From Octopus vulgaris (lineage: Eukaryota): a DNA stretch of 64,000 bases. A model generated the notes under the pieces. It saw only the letters and a list, made by a program, of their open reading frames with translations. It did not search any database and was not told where the DNA came from. The translations under genes were made by a program, and so were the position numbers. Position 1 is the stretch's first letter; each line of letters starts with the position of its first letter. The stretch lies in the NCBI GenBank assembly GCA_951406725.2, contig OX597833.1, forward strand, positions 26,040,001 to 26,104,000, written 5' to 3'. Positions 27,900 through 41,165 of the stretch are shown here, in pieces.

Positions 27900-28400
27900 T
27901 CTATATATATTATAAAAGGCAGATTTTATCTGCCTCCCTTTGGGAGTTATACAAATCTACAATATAGGATTTCTTCAATTACAATTTACCTTGCATTTTT
28001 AAGAGTACAATGCATCGCGTCATGCCAGGTCCAGTTTTTAAAATTTAAACTCCAATTAAGCAAAATTTACAGAAAACTCACATTCTGGTGTGTGTGTCAA
28101 ATGCTTTTCTTAGTCTGGTTTACACCACACGCAAACGCACACACACAGTGGGCAACGAATAAAATGAAAGTAATTTACTTACTGTAGTGAGTGATTCTTT
28201 CACTCTGCCTCCCACTTCCTCTTTCAACACATAGACACGCAAATATATAAATAAAATTGTAAGCTAACGTGCGTGTGTGTGAGTGGGTGTGTGTGGGTGT
28301 GCGCGTGTGTGTGTGTGAGGGTGCGTGTGTGTGTGTGTGTGTGTGTGTGCGTGAGTGTGTGACAGGAAAGTTTTTTACGACGAATATAAGTCCAGCAGAA

Positions 28401-28880
28401 AGATAAGACAGTAAGGTGTGATTTGAGGGAGATTTGGCTGCTATTTCTACCATGTCTAGCTGCCATGTAGGGGTCTCCCTCATAGGCTCATACATACATA
28501 TATACATAGATAAGACAGTAAGGTGTGATTTGGGGGAAATTTGGCTGCTATTTCTACCAGGTCTAGCTGCCATGTAGGGGTCTCCCTCATAGGCTCATAC
28601 ATACATATATACATAGATAAGACAGTAAGGTGTGATTTGGGGAAATTTGGCTGCTATTTCTACCAGGTCTAGCTGCCATGTAGGGGTCTCCCTCATAGGC
28701 TCATACATACATATATACATAGATAAGACAGTAAGGTGTGATTTGGGGGAAATTTGGCTGCTATTTCTACCAGGTCTAGCTACCATGTAGAGGTCCCCCT
28801 CATTGGCTCATATATATATACATACATAAGACAGTAAGGTGTGATTTGAGGGAGATTTGGCTGCTGTTTCTACCAGGTCT
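28401..28880. repeat. ~107-bp tandem repeat, ~4.5 copies
   Basis: Units begin agataagacagtaaggtgtgatttg at 28401, 28508, 28615, 28721 and ~28826. Confidence 0.95.
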
Positions 28881-28945
28881 GTTAGGCCTTCTTATGTAAA
28901 CTCAAGCTTTCTCATGCCTTGAACATAAGACCAAAGCAGAGAATG

Positions 28946-29160
28946 TATTCTTTTATTCTTCTGCTTTTTCCAGCCATTGGTCTGTGGCCATGCTGGGGCA
29001 ATGCCTTGAAGAATTGTAGTTTAATGAATCAACTCCAGTTTTATTTTTGTAAGCATTGTACTTATTCTATCTGTTTCCTTTGTCAAACCACTAGGTGACA
29101 GGGATGTAAACAAACCAACATTCGTTGTCAAGCAGTGGTGGAGGACAATCACAAGCACAG
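28946..29160 (-). mobile_element. SINE family 1, 3' half
   Basis: Diverged match to the reverse complement of 12620-12790. Confidence 0.7.
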
Positions 29161-29239
29161 ACACGCACACACACACACATACATGCATACACATATACAC
29201 ACATACATACATACATATATATATGTGTGTATATATATA

Positions 29240-29562
29240 TTGCAGCGTGGAAGGTGTTTGTAAGCCATTTAAGAAACACACAAAAACCGTTACATTCACT
29301 TCAACATTTAAATTTAATTTGCCAAAATATTTTCGTCGCTTTGAGACCGCGACCTGTTCACTGACAAAAATATCGTGCTAACAGGTCGCGGTCTCAAAGC
29401 GACGAAAATATTTTGACAAATTAAATTTAAATGTTGAAGTGAATCTAACGGTTTTTGTGTGTTTCTTAAATGGCTTATAAACACCTTCAACGCTGCAACT
29501 GTTTTCGTTCCAGCACACGATCTCAGATCAAGTCACTTGCTATGCAAGTACATCTCTGTAAC
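29240..29562. mobile_element. Fold-back element: 119-bp inverted arms plus tail (Penelope-like inverted pLTR)
   Basis: Arms 29240-29358 and 29380-29498 (about 4 mismatches), 21-nt spacer, tail to ~29562, (TA)n on both sides. Confidence 0.8.
29318..29368 (-). ncRNA. Minimal hammerhead ribozyme with G3:C8 core (GUGAACA)
   Basis: Minus strand: TTTGTCA-GTGAACA-G-GTCGC[GGTCTCAAA]GCGAC-GAAA-ATAT-TT-TGGCAAA; the right-arm copy has TGACAAA, a perfect stem I partner. Confidence 0.62.
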
Positions 29563-30054
29563 TATATATATATTTATATATATATATATATGTATATTGG
29601 TAAAAACAGTAAGATAACAAAAGAAAGAAAGAGACCTCAATATTATGTAAATAGAGGAAATCTTTATATATAAAAGTGAGGTTGTGTGTCTGTCTCCTAC
29701 GATTTAGATTCCTAACTACTCCCACATTTTGCGGTGCAGTTTAACCAAAACCGGGTATCTTATAGTCGTGATTCATATCGAGACCGTCTGGGTATTAGCG
29801 CGCGTCTACGATGAGTCTACGATTTAAAAAAAATTTACCATCAATTTTTCCCATTTTTAATCCATTTTTGACATATATAAGGGAAGTAACTCTCTAAAAT
29901 TTATTATTAAATCTCAGAACGTAAAAAGCTACAGTAACACCCCTCCCCCTTTGTGGTTAGCCATATTGAGATGGCTATTATACTTTACATCTCTAAAAAT
30001 GCTTATATAATTATTTCCCTTACAAACCCGAGCAACGCCGGGCGATACTGCTAG

Positions 30055-31613
30055 TCTTATTATAATCTCTTATTATAAAAGGCAGATTTTATCTGCCTCC
30101 CTTTGGGAGTTATACAAATCTACAATATAGGATTTCTTCAATTACAATTTACCTAGCATTTTTAAGAGTACAATGCATCGCGTCATGCCAGGTCCAGTTT
30201 TTAAAATTTAAACTCCAATTAAGCAAAATTTACAGAAAACTCACATTCTGGTGTGTGTGTCAAATGCTTTTCTTAGTCTGGTTTACACCACACGCAAACG
30301 CACACACACAGTGGGCAACGAATAAAATGAAAGTAAATAGCGACAGAGTGATTTGAGGAAGACCAAACTGAAAGTATTTAAACCACTACTCAAAAAATAA
30401 AAAAACACAGCAAACAAAAACAAATAAATACATAGCCATTTAATCCTCACACAATTTCTTCAATTAGAATTTACCTAAGATTTTTCAGAGTACTTCAGTG
30501 GGTGATGCCATAAAAAATTTCTTTCAATTTTACCACCAATTAAGACAAAATTCGAGAAAACTCAATATTTTAACATATCACTCCGAAAGCATTGATGTAC
30601 ATGTGTGCGTGCGTGAGTGTGTGTGTGTCATTCCTCACCCACACGCATACACATACATATACAACTACATACAACTACATACAAACACGTGTGTGTTTGT
30701 TATTAGTAAAAAAGGCGCCAAAACTCAACTCACTTATCATTCCAACACATTTGCAAAGACACACGGACGGACAGAAAAGGTAAATTGGTTTTTATTTTAC
30801 TCTGTATATATTTTATTATATAATATTATATATAGATATATGTATATATAATTGCAGTATGAAACAGTGTTTATGTATAAACAGACGACACTTATATATA
30901 GTTACCAAGCCGCCCGAATTTACCTATTCATATTTAAATGAGAATATCAGAGCAAATCTCTTTAGTACATTCGTGAAAACACGTATTATACTTCGTAAAC
31001 ACTTCAACTACAGTTTTGTACAAAAATCGAAGTGTAATTTTAATTCCGTGAATTATGGAAGATTTTTTTCCGAAATTTGTTCCTATTGTGTTTTCAAAAT
31101 TTGTAATTCTGACAAAAAATGGATACGAATTTCATTATATCAAGCAGCGAGTCAGAATTCGAAGGATTTTCTACTGAAGACCTTCATAAATCTAACTCTA
31201 TGACTGAAAAAAAAAAAGCATCTTTATATAAGAGTGAAGTTGTGTGTCTGTCTCCTACGATTTAGATTCCTAACTACTCCCACATTTTGCGGTGCAGTTT
31301 AACCAAAAGCGGGTATCTTATAGTCGTGATTCATATCGAGCCCTTCTGGGTATTAGCGTGCGTCTACGATGAGTCTACGATTTAAAAAAATTTACCATCA
31401 TATTTTTCCATTTTAATGCATTTTTTTCGCTTTTATATAAGGGAAGTAACTCTCTAAAAATATCTACGATGTGTCAACGATTTAAAAAAATTTACCTTAA
31501 TTTTTTTTCAATTTTTAATGCATTTTTTGGCTATTTTTTGGCTATAACTCTCTAAAAATGCTTATATAGTTATTTCCCTTACAAACCCGAGCAACGCCGG
31601 GCGATACTGCTAG
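30055..31613 (+). mobile_element. Composite Helitron unit 3 (module A from 30055/30066 + unique cargo + Helitron B from 31221)
   Basis: Same module A and same hairpin + CTAG end (31610-31613). Confidence 0.85.
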
Positions 31614-33408
31614 TCTTATTATAAAAGGCAGATTTTATCTGCCTCCCTTTGGGAGTTATACAAATCTACAATATAGGATTTCTTCAATTACAATTTACCT
31701 AGCATTTTTGAGAGTACAATGCATCGCGTCATGCCAGGTCCAGTTTTTAAAATTTAAACTCCAATTAAGCAAAATTTACAGAAAACTCACATTCTGGTGT
31801 GTGTGTCAAATGCTTTTCTTAGTCTGGTTTACACCACACGCAAACGCACACACACAGTGGGCAACGAATAAAATGAAAGTAAATAGCGACAGAGTGATTT
31901 GAGGAAGACTAAAGTGAAAGTATTCTGTCTATGACGCTGATAGATACATGAGTAAAATGTATGGGAAGCTAAGAGCTAAGAGTGAGTGAAAATGTTCTTG
32001 GAAGAGAGTAATTAGTAATAAAGTAAACATACACTCATACATACATACATACATACATACATACATACATACACACACACACATACACACACACATACAT
32101 ACACACACACATACATACATACACACATACATACATGCATACATATACATACATACATACATATACATACATACATACACACACACACACATACACACAC
32201 ACACAGTATTGAAGCTTGAGAACAATCAGATACATTTGCAACACATCTGTTGAAAATATTATTGTTCACACACATACATATACATATATACATACAGACA
32301 GACAGACAGATAGACACACACACACACACACACATGATCCAGCATGGCCACAACCTCAAGGCTGAAACATATAAAAGAATAACAGAATATAAATGTGTGC
32401 AAAGTACAAGAAATATTAATGCAGTATATGGGGATTGGACAATAAGCGTAAGGCAGTGTCAATGGTGGTTCCAGAAATCCCGAGCCATAAACTACAGCCT
32501 AGAAGACGAGCCTCATCCTGAAAGATCTGTAGAACTCGACAAGGACATCCTGAAAACCCTGGTGGAACAAAATCTCATCGTAACTGTTGAGGAACTAGCA
32601 GAGAAGCTTGGATTTGGTCATTCAACCATTCATTGACACCTGTGTGCTATCGGAAAAGTCAGCAAATTGGGTCAATGGGTTCCTCACGAACTTTCCGAGT
32701 CTAATTGCATGCAGAGAGTGAATGTATGCTTTTCTTTGCTGTCACATCTCACCACTACTGCGCTATGTATATCTATATATATAAAACTGTAGTTGTGTGA
32801 GTGTCTGTCCCCTTCGATTTAGATTCCTAACTACTCCCACATTTTGCGGTGCAGTTTAACCAAATTCGGGTAGCTTATAGTCGTGATTCATATCGAGCCC
32901 GTCTGAATATTAGCGCGCGTCTACGATGAGTCTACGATTTTAAAAATAATTTAACATCATTTTTTATTCCATTTTAATGCATAATTTTTCGTGTGTCGAT
33001 GGCGGCGGAGTTGGCGTCCACGCTCACACCTGCACCTGTGGGGAAGGGAGTGTAAGGAAATCAACGTCGTAATGCGTTGTCAAGGAGACCAGTGTTCTTT
33101 TAGAACAACGACTTCATGGCTTGAAGACACCAAAACAGAAATGGCTAAGAAAGCGTCTACATGAGTCTACGATTTAAAAAAAAATTTACCATCGTTTTTT
33201 TTCCATTTTAATGCATTTTTTCGCTATTATATAAGGGAAGTAACTCTCTAAAAATGTCTACGATGAGTCAACGATTTAAAAAAAAATTTACCATCATATT
33301 TTTTACATTTTTAATGCATTTTTTGCTATTTTTTGGCTATAACTCTCTATAAATGCTTATATAGTTATTTCCCTTACAAACCCGAGCAACGCCGGGCGAT
33401 ACTGCTAG
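31614..33408 (+). mobile_element. Composite Helitron unit 4 (near-identical to unit 1; Helitron B from 32772)
   Basis: CTAG|TCTTATTATAAAAGG junction; CTAG end at 33405-33408. Confidence 0.88.
32391..32754 (+). pseudogene. Mariner transposase fragment, copy 2
   Basis: Near-identical to 26882-27245, including the stop and WVPHEL. Confidence 0.9.
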
Positions 33409-35279
33409 TCTTATTATAAAAGGCAGATTTTATCTGCCTCCCTTTGGGAGTTATACAAATCTACAATATAGGATTTCTTCAATTACAATTTACCTAGCAT
33501 TTTTAAGAGTACAATGCATCGCGTCATGCCAGGTCCAGTTTTTAAAATTTAAACTCCAATTAAGCAAAATTTACAGAAAACTCACATTCTGGTGTGTGTG
33601 TTAAATGCTTTTCTTAGTCTGGTTTACACCACACGCAAACGCACACACACAGTGGGCAACGAATAAAATGAAAGTAAATAGCGACAGAGTGATTTGAGGA
33701 AGACTAAAGTGAAAGTATTCGTCTATGACGCTGATAGATACATGAGTAAAATGTATGGGAAGCTAAGAGCTAAGAGTGAGTGAAAATGTTCTTGGAAGAG
33801 AGTAAATAGCGAGAGAGAGAGAGTGATTTAAGGAAGACTTTCATTAAATAACCGTAGTGGCTTGTGTTAGTAATAAAGTAAACATACACTCATACATACA
33901 TACATACATACATACATACATACATACATACATACATACACACACACACATATACACACACACATACATACACACACACATACATACATACACACATACA
34001 TACATACATACATACATATACATACATACATACATATACATACATACATACACACGCACACATACACACACACACAGTATTGAAGCTTGAGAACAATCAG
34101 ATACATTTGCAACACATCTGTTGAAAATATTATTGTTCACACACATACATATACATATATACATACAGACAGACAGACAGATAGACACACACACACACAC
34201 ACATGATCCAGCATGGCCACAACCTCAAGGCTGAAACATATAAAAGAATAACAGAATATAAATGTGTGCAAAGTACAAGAAATATTAATGCAGTATATGG
34301 GGATTGGACAATAAGCGTAAGGCAGTGTCAATGGTGGTTCCAGAAATCCCGAGCCATAAACTACAGCCTAGAAGACGAGCCTCATCCTGAAAGATCTGTA
34401 GAACTCGACAAGGACATCCTGAAAACCCTGGTGGAACAAAATCTCATCGTAACTGTTGAGGAACTAGCAGAGAAGCTTGGATTTGGTCATTCAACCATTC
34501 ATTGACACCTGTGTGCTATCGGAAAAGTCAGCAAATTGGGTCAATGGGTTCCTCACGAACTTTCCGAGTCTAATTGCATGCAGAGAGTGAATGTATGCTT
34601 TTCTTTGCTGTCACATCTCACCACTACTGCGCTATGTATATCTATATATATAAAACTGTAGTTGTGTGAGTGTCTGTCCCCTTCGATTTAGATTCCTAAC
34701 TACTCCCACATTTTGCGGTGCAGTTTAACCAAATTCGGGTAGCTTATAGTCGTGATTCATATCGAGCCCGTCTGAATATTAGCGCGCGTCTACGATGAGT
34801 CTACGATTTTAAAAATAATTTAACATCATTTTTTATTCCATTTTAATGCATAATTTTTCGTGTGTCGATGGCGGCGGAGTTGGCGTCCACGCTCACACCT
34901 GCACCTGTGGGGAAGGGAGTGTAAGGAAATCAACGTCGTAATGCGTTGTCAAGGAGACCAGTGTTCTTTTAGAACAACGACTTCATGGCTTGAAGACACC
35001 AAAACAGAAATGGCTAAGAAAGCGTCTACATGAGTCTACGATTTAAAAAATAATTTACCATCGTTTTTTTTCCATTTTAATGCATTTTTTCGCTATTATA
35101 TAAGGGAAGTAACTCTCTAAAAATGTCTACGATGAGTCAACGATTTAAAAAAAAAATTTACCATCATATTTTTTTCCATTTTTAATGCATTTTTTGCTAT
35201 TTTTTTGCTATAACTCTCTAAAAATGCTTATATAGTTATTTCCCTTACAAACCCGAGCAACGCCGGGCGATACTGCTAG
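33409..35279 (+). mobile_element. Composite Helitron unit 5 (variant of unit 1; Helitron B from 34641)
   Basis: Ends CTAG (35276-35279)|T followed by (AT)n. Confidence 0.88.
34260..34623 (+). pseudogene. Mariner transposase fragment, copy 3
   Basis: Near-identical to copies 1 and 2. Confidence 0.9.
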
Positions 35280-36419
35280 TATATATATATATATATATAT
35301 ACAAGTATTTATATGTATTTATGTCTCCAAAGTATTTATCTACGAAGTATCTTCTTGCTGGCATTTGTGTGTCTTTGCTACCAGGTTCATGTCTGTGTAT
35401 TACTCAGTGTTTGTTTTTCTCTGTATAGTTCTGTATATTACAGTCATTTTTTTCATGTCAATACAAATCTATGTATTTCAATGCTTCGCTCTAAATGTTT
35501 CTGCGTGTATTTTTTTACCTGTCTACACATGTATCATTGTCTGTTTACCTATATTTGCCTGATGTTTCCAGTACAATTGTAAGTATTTGCTTCGACTCTG
35601 TATATGTCTGTGTGTCTCTCTCTCTGTTTAGGTATTTAGCTGGGTTTTCTTTTTGTTCGTCTTTGTATCATATTACGTACATTTATGAAACTTAGTTGAT
35701 TTCATTTTAGTACAAAATTTTAACCAGAACAGGATTTGAAATTAGAGAAGTGAGAACGGCCGAAACTCTATAAACATACAGTACTGAAGCTGATTTTAGA
35801 TGGGACTTACACCATAACCTCTGAAATTCCTTTTTTACAAGCTAGTGGGCTGAAAATTCGAGAAGTAAATATATCAGTTATATAAACACTATAAAATTGT
35901 GCACATGATTCCAATAGCCAGATGAAGGTTGATAATAAATCCCCGTGTCTATGCCAGGGCTACAATAGCAGCTAAATTGTTCTGGAGGCACCCTACCGCC
36001 CTTTAAGAAAATAAAAAAACGAAGACACACAACATCTGAACGGAAACAAGAACCAAGATGAGAACCAGTGGTTAGCTAGATTTAAGTTAGATCCCAACGA
36101 CAAACTACTGACAAGTCGTAATAGTGTAGGGGTTCCACATAAACCTATGATCACTAACTTCTTTTTGCAGAACAGTGCATCAGTTACTACACAGTTTGAT
36201 GTATCCTTTGCCTTCTTCAAGATAATAAATGGTGATTTAAACGGTATATTTGGCTGCTATTTCTTGCATGTCGACTCATCTCTTGTCAGTAGCCTCTCAT
36301 GAATATTTCAGGATATACTTTCAGTGGCTGGTGAGATAAGAAGAAACATTAAAGCCATAACGCTTATAAAATCACATGTCACGTTTATTAATATTCTTGA
36401 TTTATGAGAGTTGTAACAG

Positions 36420-36960
36420 TATTTGTGTAACAGATGTTGCTTTGTTGTCCATGAAATGATAAACAAACGAAAGAGGGACATGTTTGAAGAAGAGCTAACA
36501 TTTTAATTTCAAAAAGTTATTAAATAGCTGTTCAGAAACAAGATGGCTGGAGCATTTCAATAAAGAAATGGAGATTGAATGGTAAGAGATAACAACGATT
36601 TTCTATTTGATAATATTTGTAAAGAAACACGGACATGTTGAAATAACAAATATCAAAACAGAAAATATGAAATATTCCAAAATAATTTTCAGAAAAATAA
36701 TGCTATATTCGTTAGACATATTGGATATTGAAATGTCATAAACACGTTGATAATAAACTTTGCAACAAAAACAGTACAAAATAAAATTTAAAATAATATA
36801 AAATAGCATTTGTTTAAAGCTTAATTAATATAACAAGTGTAAACGGGTAAAAGTAAAGTTCTTAAACAGGACCGTATTAAAAGAATGTCTTAAAACTGAG
36901 TTAGCATATTTCGTAGATAATTTCTGGCAGAAATGATAACGAGAGAGCTAGGGATATTAT
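36420..36960 (+). mobile_element. Possible decayed hAT (Charlie/Buster-like) transposase remnant
   Basis: CVTDVA (36424), SETRWL (36532) and LAYFVD (36901) occur in the order of the CTDGA / EVRWL / LAYL.D motifs, but the spacing is distorted. Confidence 0.33.
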
Positions 36961-37755
36961 TTTACCATTAAAAACGATCTCAGATTCCTTATTTTGATGA
37001 TTTGTAGTAGTAATTATTAATATTGAAAGACAAATATTCTAAAATACAGATAAGCACAAAGATGCCAAATTGAATTTAGGATAAAAATAGCTTTTTAGAA
37101 TCGTTAACTTTAATGAATATTTGTTCTTGTATCGAAGACATTTCTACGTTGTTTCTGAACAACACCAATATCATATATGTGGCAGCTATTAGGAGATGTA
37201 ATAAAAACGTAAACAAATATACATTTGGGGAATGTCAGTCTAAGTGCAAAGCAGAGACTGATAATTGGTTTTGAGAGACATGAATACTTGAGAGTATTGG
37301 CTATGAGGGACACTTAACATGTATATATATTTATGAGTGGGTATGATAGATATTTATTAAAAAATGGGTACGTATATGACATAAAACAATCTAAATTCGA
37401 TGGCGTTGTTGTGAGAAGTCGTGTGATTGGCACCAGAATGAAGGCATAGCAGTTATTTTAAGATTCGTTTCTGCATAGGGTATTTGTCGTGCGAAGAGAT
37501 TGTACTTTATGATCCCATGCTATTGAATTAAAAGTTCTCTGCTTGGGATGCGGGCTGTAACTACCAGCGCAACATATTAACAAATGTATAACAATGAGAG
37601 GCAGGGCATGGCTTGCGTGTTTCCTACAAATATTGTTTTACTATAATTACTTAAATACTAGTATCGTTACAATCTTAATTTGTTTTATATTTTCATATTT
37701 GTTTTCTTTCTATTTCAATTTAAAGATTCTTGTCATTTGACTGATTTTCCACCTT

Positions 37756-38130
37756 ATTTTTCTGATAACGTTTTCGTTCAAAAAAACGAATATAATCACT
37801 CCATTATTTGTTTATATCTTGACGGTTTACCTTGAGATTATTAAGGCATATACTATATAATTGTGGACAAATCTTTGTCATGATCTATTATTATTATTAT
37901 TTCAATATTATTATTGTTATTGATGAATCTGTGGCTCTTTTCTGATATTTTTCTGATAACGTTTTCGTTCAAAAAAACGAATATAATCACTCCATTATTT
38001 GTTTATATCTTGACGGTTTACCTTGAGATTATTAAGGCATATACTATATAATTGTGGACAAATCGTTGTCATGATCTATTATTATTATTATTTCAATATT
38101 ATTATTGTTATTGATGAATTTGTGGCTCTT
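37756..38130. repeat. 191-bp tandem duplication
   Basis: 37756-37946 repeats from 37947 with about 2 substitutions. Confidence 0.95.
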
Positions 38131-38570
38131 GTAGTAGTAGTAGTAGTAGTAGTAGTGGTTGTGGTGGTAGTAGTGGTAGCAGCAGTAGCAACAACAGCAG
38201 CAGTACATTTATTTCACGCTTTGATATCCAATCCTTTGGGATGAATAATTGAATAAATAAATAAATATTTAAATATGTAAATAAGGACATAGATACATAA
38301 ACACTGGCCCACCAACTATTAAAGTTTCAGAAGCGTGTTCATTGATTGTAGACCATACGCGGAAGTGCGTGTCACTTTTCGTGACACTGTAACACATCAA
38401 TCAAAATAAGTTGGACTTCAGATCGTAAGACCGAAATGAAAAACATTCTCCCGAGACTGAAATCCTGTCACTGTAGTTTCTTCTCCCGGAATTTTTCCTT
38501 TCCACTACTCCATTCTGCTATGATAGAGATCTACAAGTCTGCGCGTGCAAACAAGTATGTATCTCTGTGA

Positions 38571-38672
<102 letters not shown>

Positions 38673-39087
38673 ATTATATTTTATTTTATTTTATTTAATC
38701 TAGTTTCAGCTCACGAGATGAAACTAGATATATATATATATTATATATAATATATTATATTTATATATATATAGATATATAATATAATATATATATATAT
38801 GTATGTACGTATATGTATATATATGTGTGAGTGCACATATATGTATGCATACGTATATATAATATATTATATTTATAGATATATAATATAATATATATAT
38901 ATATATGTATGTACGTATATGTATATATATGTGTGAGTGCACATATATGTATGCATACGTATATATAATATATATGTGTATGTTTGTGTTACTATGTATG
39001 GATGTATATATACATACACACACATACAAACATATATACAGGCGTACATACATACATACATACATACATATGCATACACAGAGAAAA

Positions 39088-39119
<32 letters not shown>

Positions 39120-39744
39120 CGGACTGACAGATAAATATGGTGTTCGTATATTTAGTTTTATTTCTGTTTGAACCAGTGCCATCATTAATATTTAGCTTTC
39201 ACTTCGACGTCGTATTCGTTATCGTCACCACCACCACCATAATCGCCAGCAGCTACAATTCCTGTGGGTGACAACGGGGTGTGTCAGATATATCTTTGGT
39301 CCGAGAGTAAAGGTTGCAGCGTATTTAAAGAATATTGGATGAACACATTATAATGACGACCTGACAAAATTTACTTAGAGACATGTGTGTGTTACTGTTC
39401 ATATATGTGTGCTTGGTCATTGCACTTGGTAAACACCAGCAACGATAAAATCATAGTTTTCTCAAATCATAGTTATGTCAATATTCCTGTCGCAATTATA
39501 ACCACAAAAGTATTACGTATACAGTGTTGCTACAAGCATTACTGCACACAGCAGTACAAACACCACCAGAACCCACCAGCTTCACACCCGCCTCTCCCTT
39601 CCCATCAAACCACCAACGACAAACACATCAGTGAACCTATAACTACAAAATACAACAACCCTGTGTATGAATGTAAGTGTGAAAAATATTTATCATTCGT
39701 ATGTATAGACAAACACACACACGCACACGCACATACACGCCCAT

Positions 39745-39804
<60 letters not shown>

Positions 39805-40059
39805 GGTAATATTTAATAGGCAGACGTTGTGGCTTCGTACAATGTCACTTATCAAAAGAAGATTTACTCTATAGATTGTTGAATCAGTCGGTCACGCCTA
39901 CCGATTAAATATCAAAACATATATATATATATATATATATACATACACTCATGTTTTATGTTCCACTTTGTTGTATCTGTTACCAAACCTACACACTCAC
40001 CCATACATATATCTGTATATATATACATAATTTGCACACACACACAGACTCACAGTCGC

Positions 40060-40126
<67 letters not shown>

Positions 40127-41081
40127 TACTCACACACACACACCATGATATCAGTTTTATCTGAAAGTAAAGATATGTGTAAATCCAGTAAGTCCACTTT
40201 CACATACTTTACTGACTGCATTGCAACAGGTGACTGACAGCCGCACTTAGTAACTCTTCTTTGAATGACGTTCATGCAACAGATGTCAACACAAGTTTTT
40301 ATTGCGCACCGCTATAGCCATTGGCTACACAAGAAAATATTGTTGATGTTGACGCACGCATATCTCAGTAATTGTAGGAAGTTTGTTTTTTATTTACAAG
40401 ATTCGCGGTTCGATATACGTTTTACTTTCAGCAACTCTATTTCCTCCAAATTATTATCATTATTACTATTGAAGACGTTGCATAGTATCCAGTATTGTGA
40501 TGTTGTTGATTGAATATATTGTGCGTGCTGGGGATTTGTGCTATTTGTCAATCCACAACGACATCAATCAGACAGCACCTCACGCAGTATGAGTGCAGAT
40601 CCAAATAAAGTATCCACTTGGGTTTTAGGGTTGTGTGGTATTGAACCCAGTGCTCCGATGACAGCAGGAACGAGCAACCTTATGTTTGACTCACGCAGCT
40701 GTCACATCTTGGCTCTCTGGATTTTCAGGCCATCATATTTGTAGATCTTTTCCCTTTCATTCATGACGATATGTTGGCAGTGGTGAGAGTAGTGGAAGGA
40801 GGTGAAGGAAAGTCATGTGTCAAACAGAAAGTTTCAACGCTAAGAAAAATTTCATTTCAATTTATTCTTCTATTCCTTACTTTATATTGTACTTTATCAG
40901 TTTCACACACACACATATGTATATATTGTCGGTGTCATTATGCCTTATAGACTTCCGAGGAACGTAGAATAATTTTTGTCTGGAATTGATTCTCGAAGTA
41001 CACAGAGCTATAACTGATAACATGTAAATATTGGATTGAAGCTTTCCAATTTTCTTTTACACACGCACGCGCGCACACACA

Positions 41082-41165
<84 letters not shown>

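Larger units (their letters stand above)
27900..30054 (+). mobile_element. Composite Helitron unit 2 (module A + tandem repeat/SINE/palindrome cargo + Helitron B from 29661)
   Basis: Starts directly after the unit 1 CTAG; same module A; same hairpin + CTAG end (30051-30054). Confidence 0.85.

Noticed and set aside
28401-28880. CRISPR-like array
   Set aside because: Whole units repeat with no unique spacers; eukaryotic context; no cas genes.
26095-35279. Autonomous Helitron
   Set aside because: No Rep/helicase ORF anywhere in the array.
38697-38730. Short hairpin ATCTAGTTTCA...TGAAACTAGAT as a terminator or ncRNA
   Set aside because: Only 11 bp, within microsatellite, and resembles an inverted SINE tail fragment.
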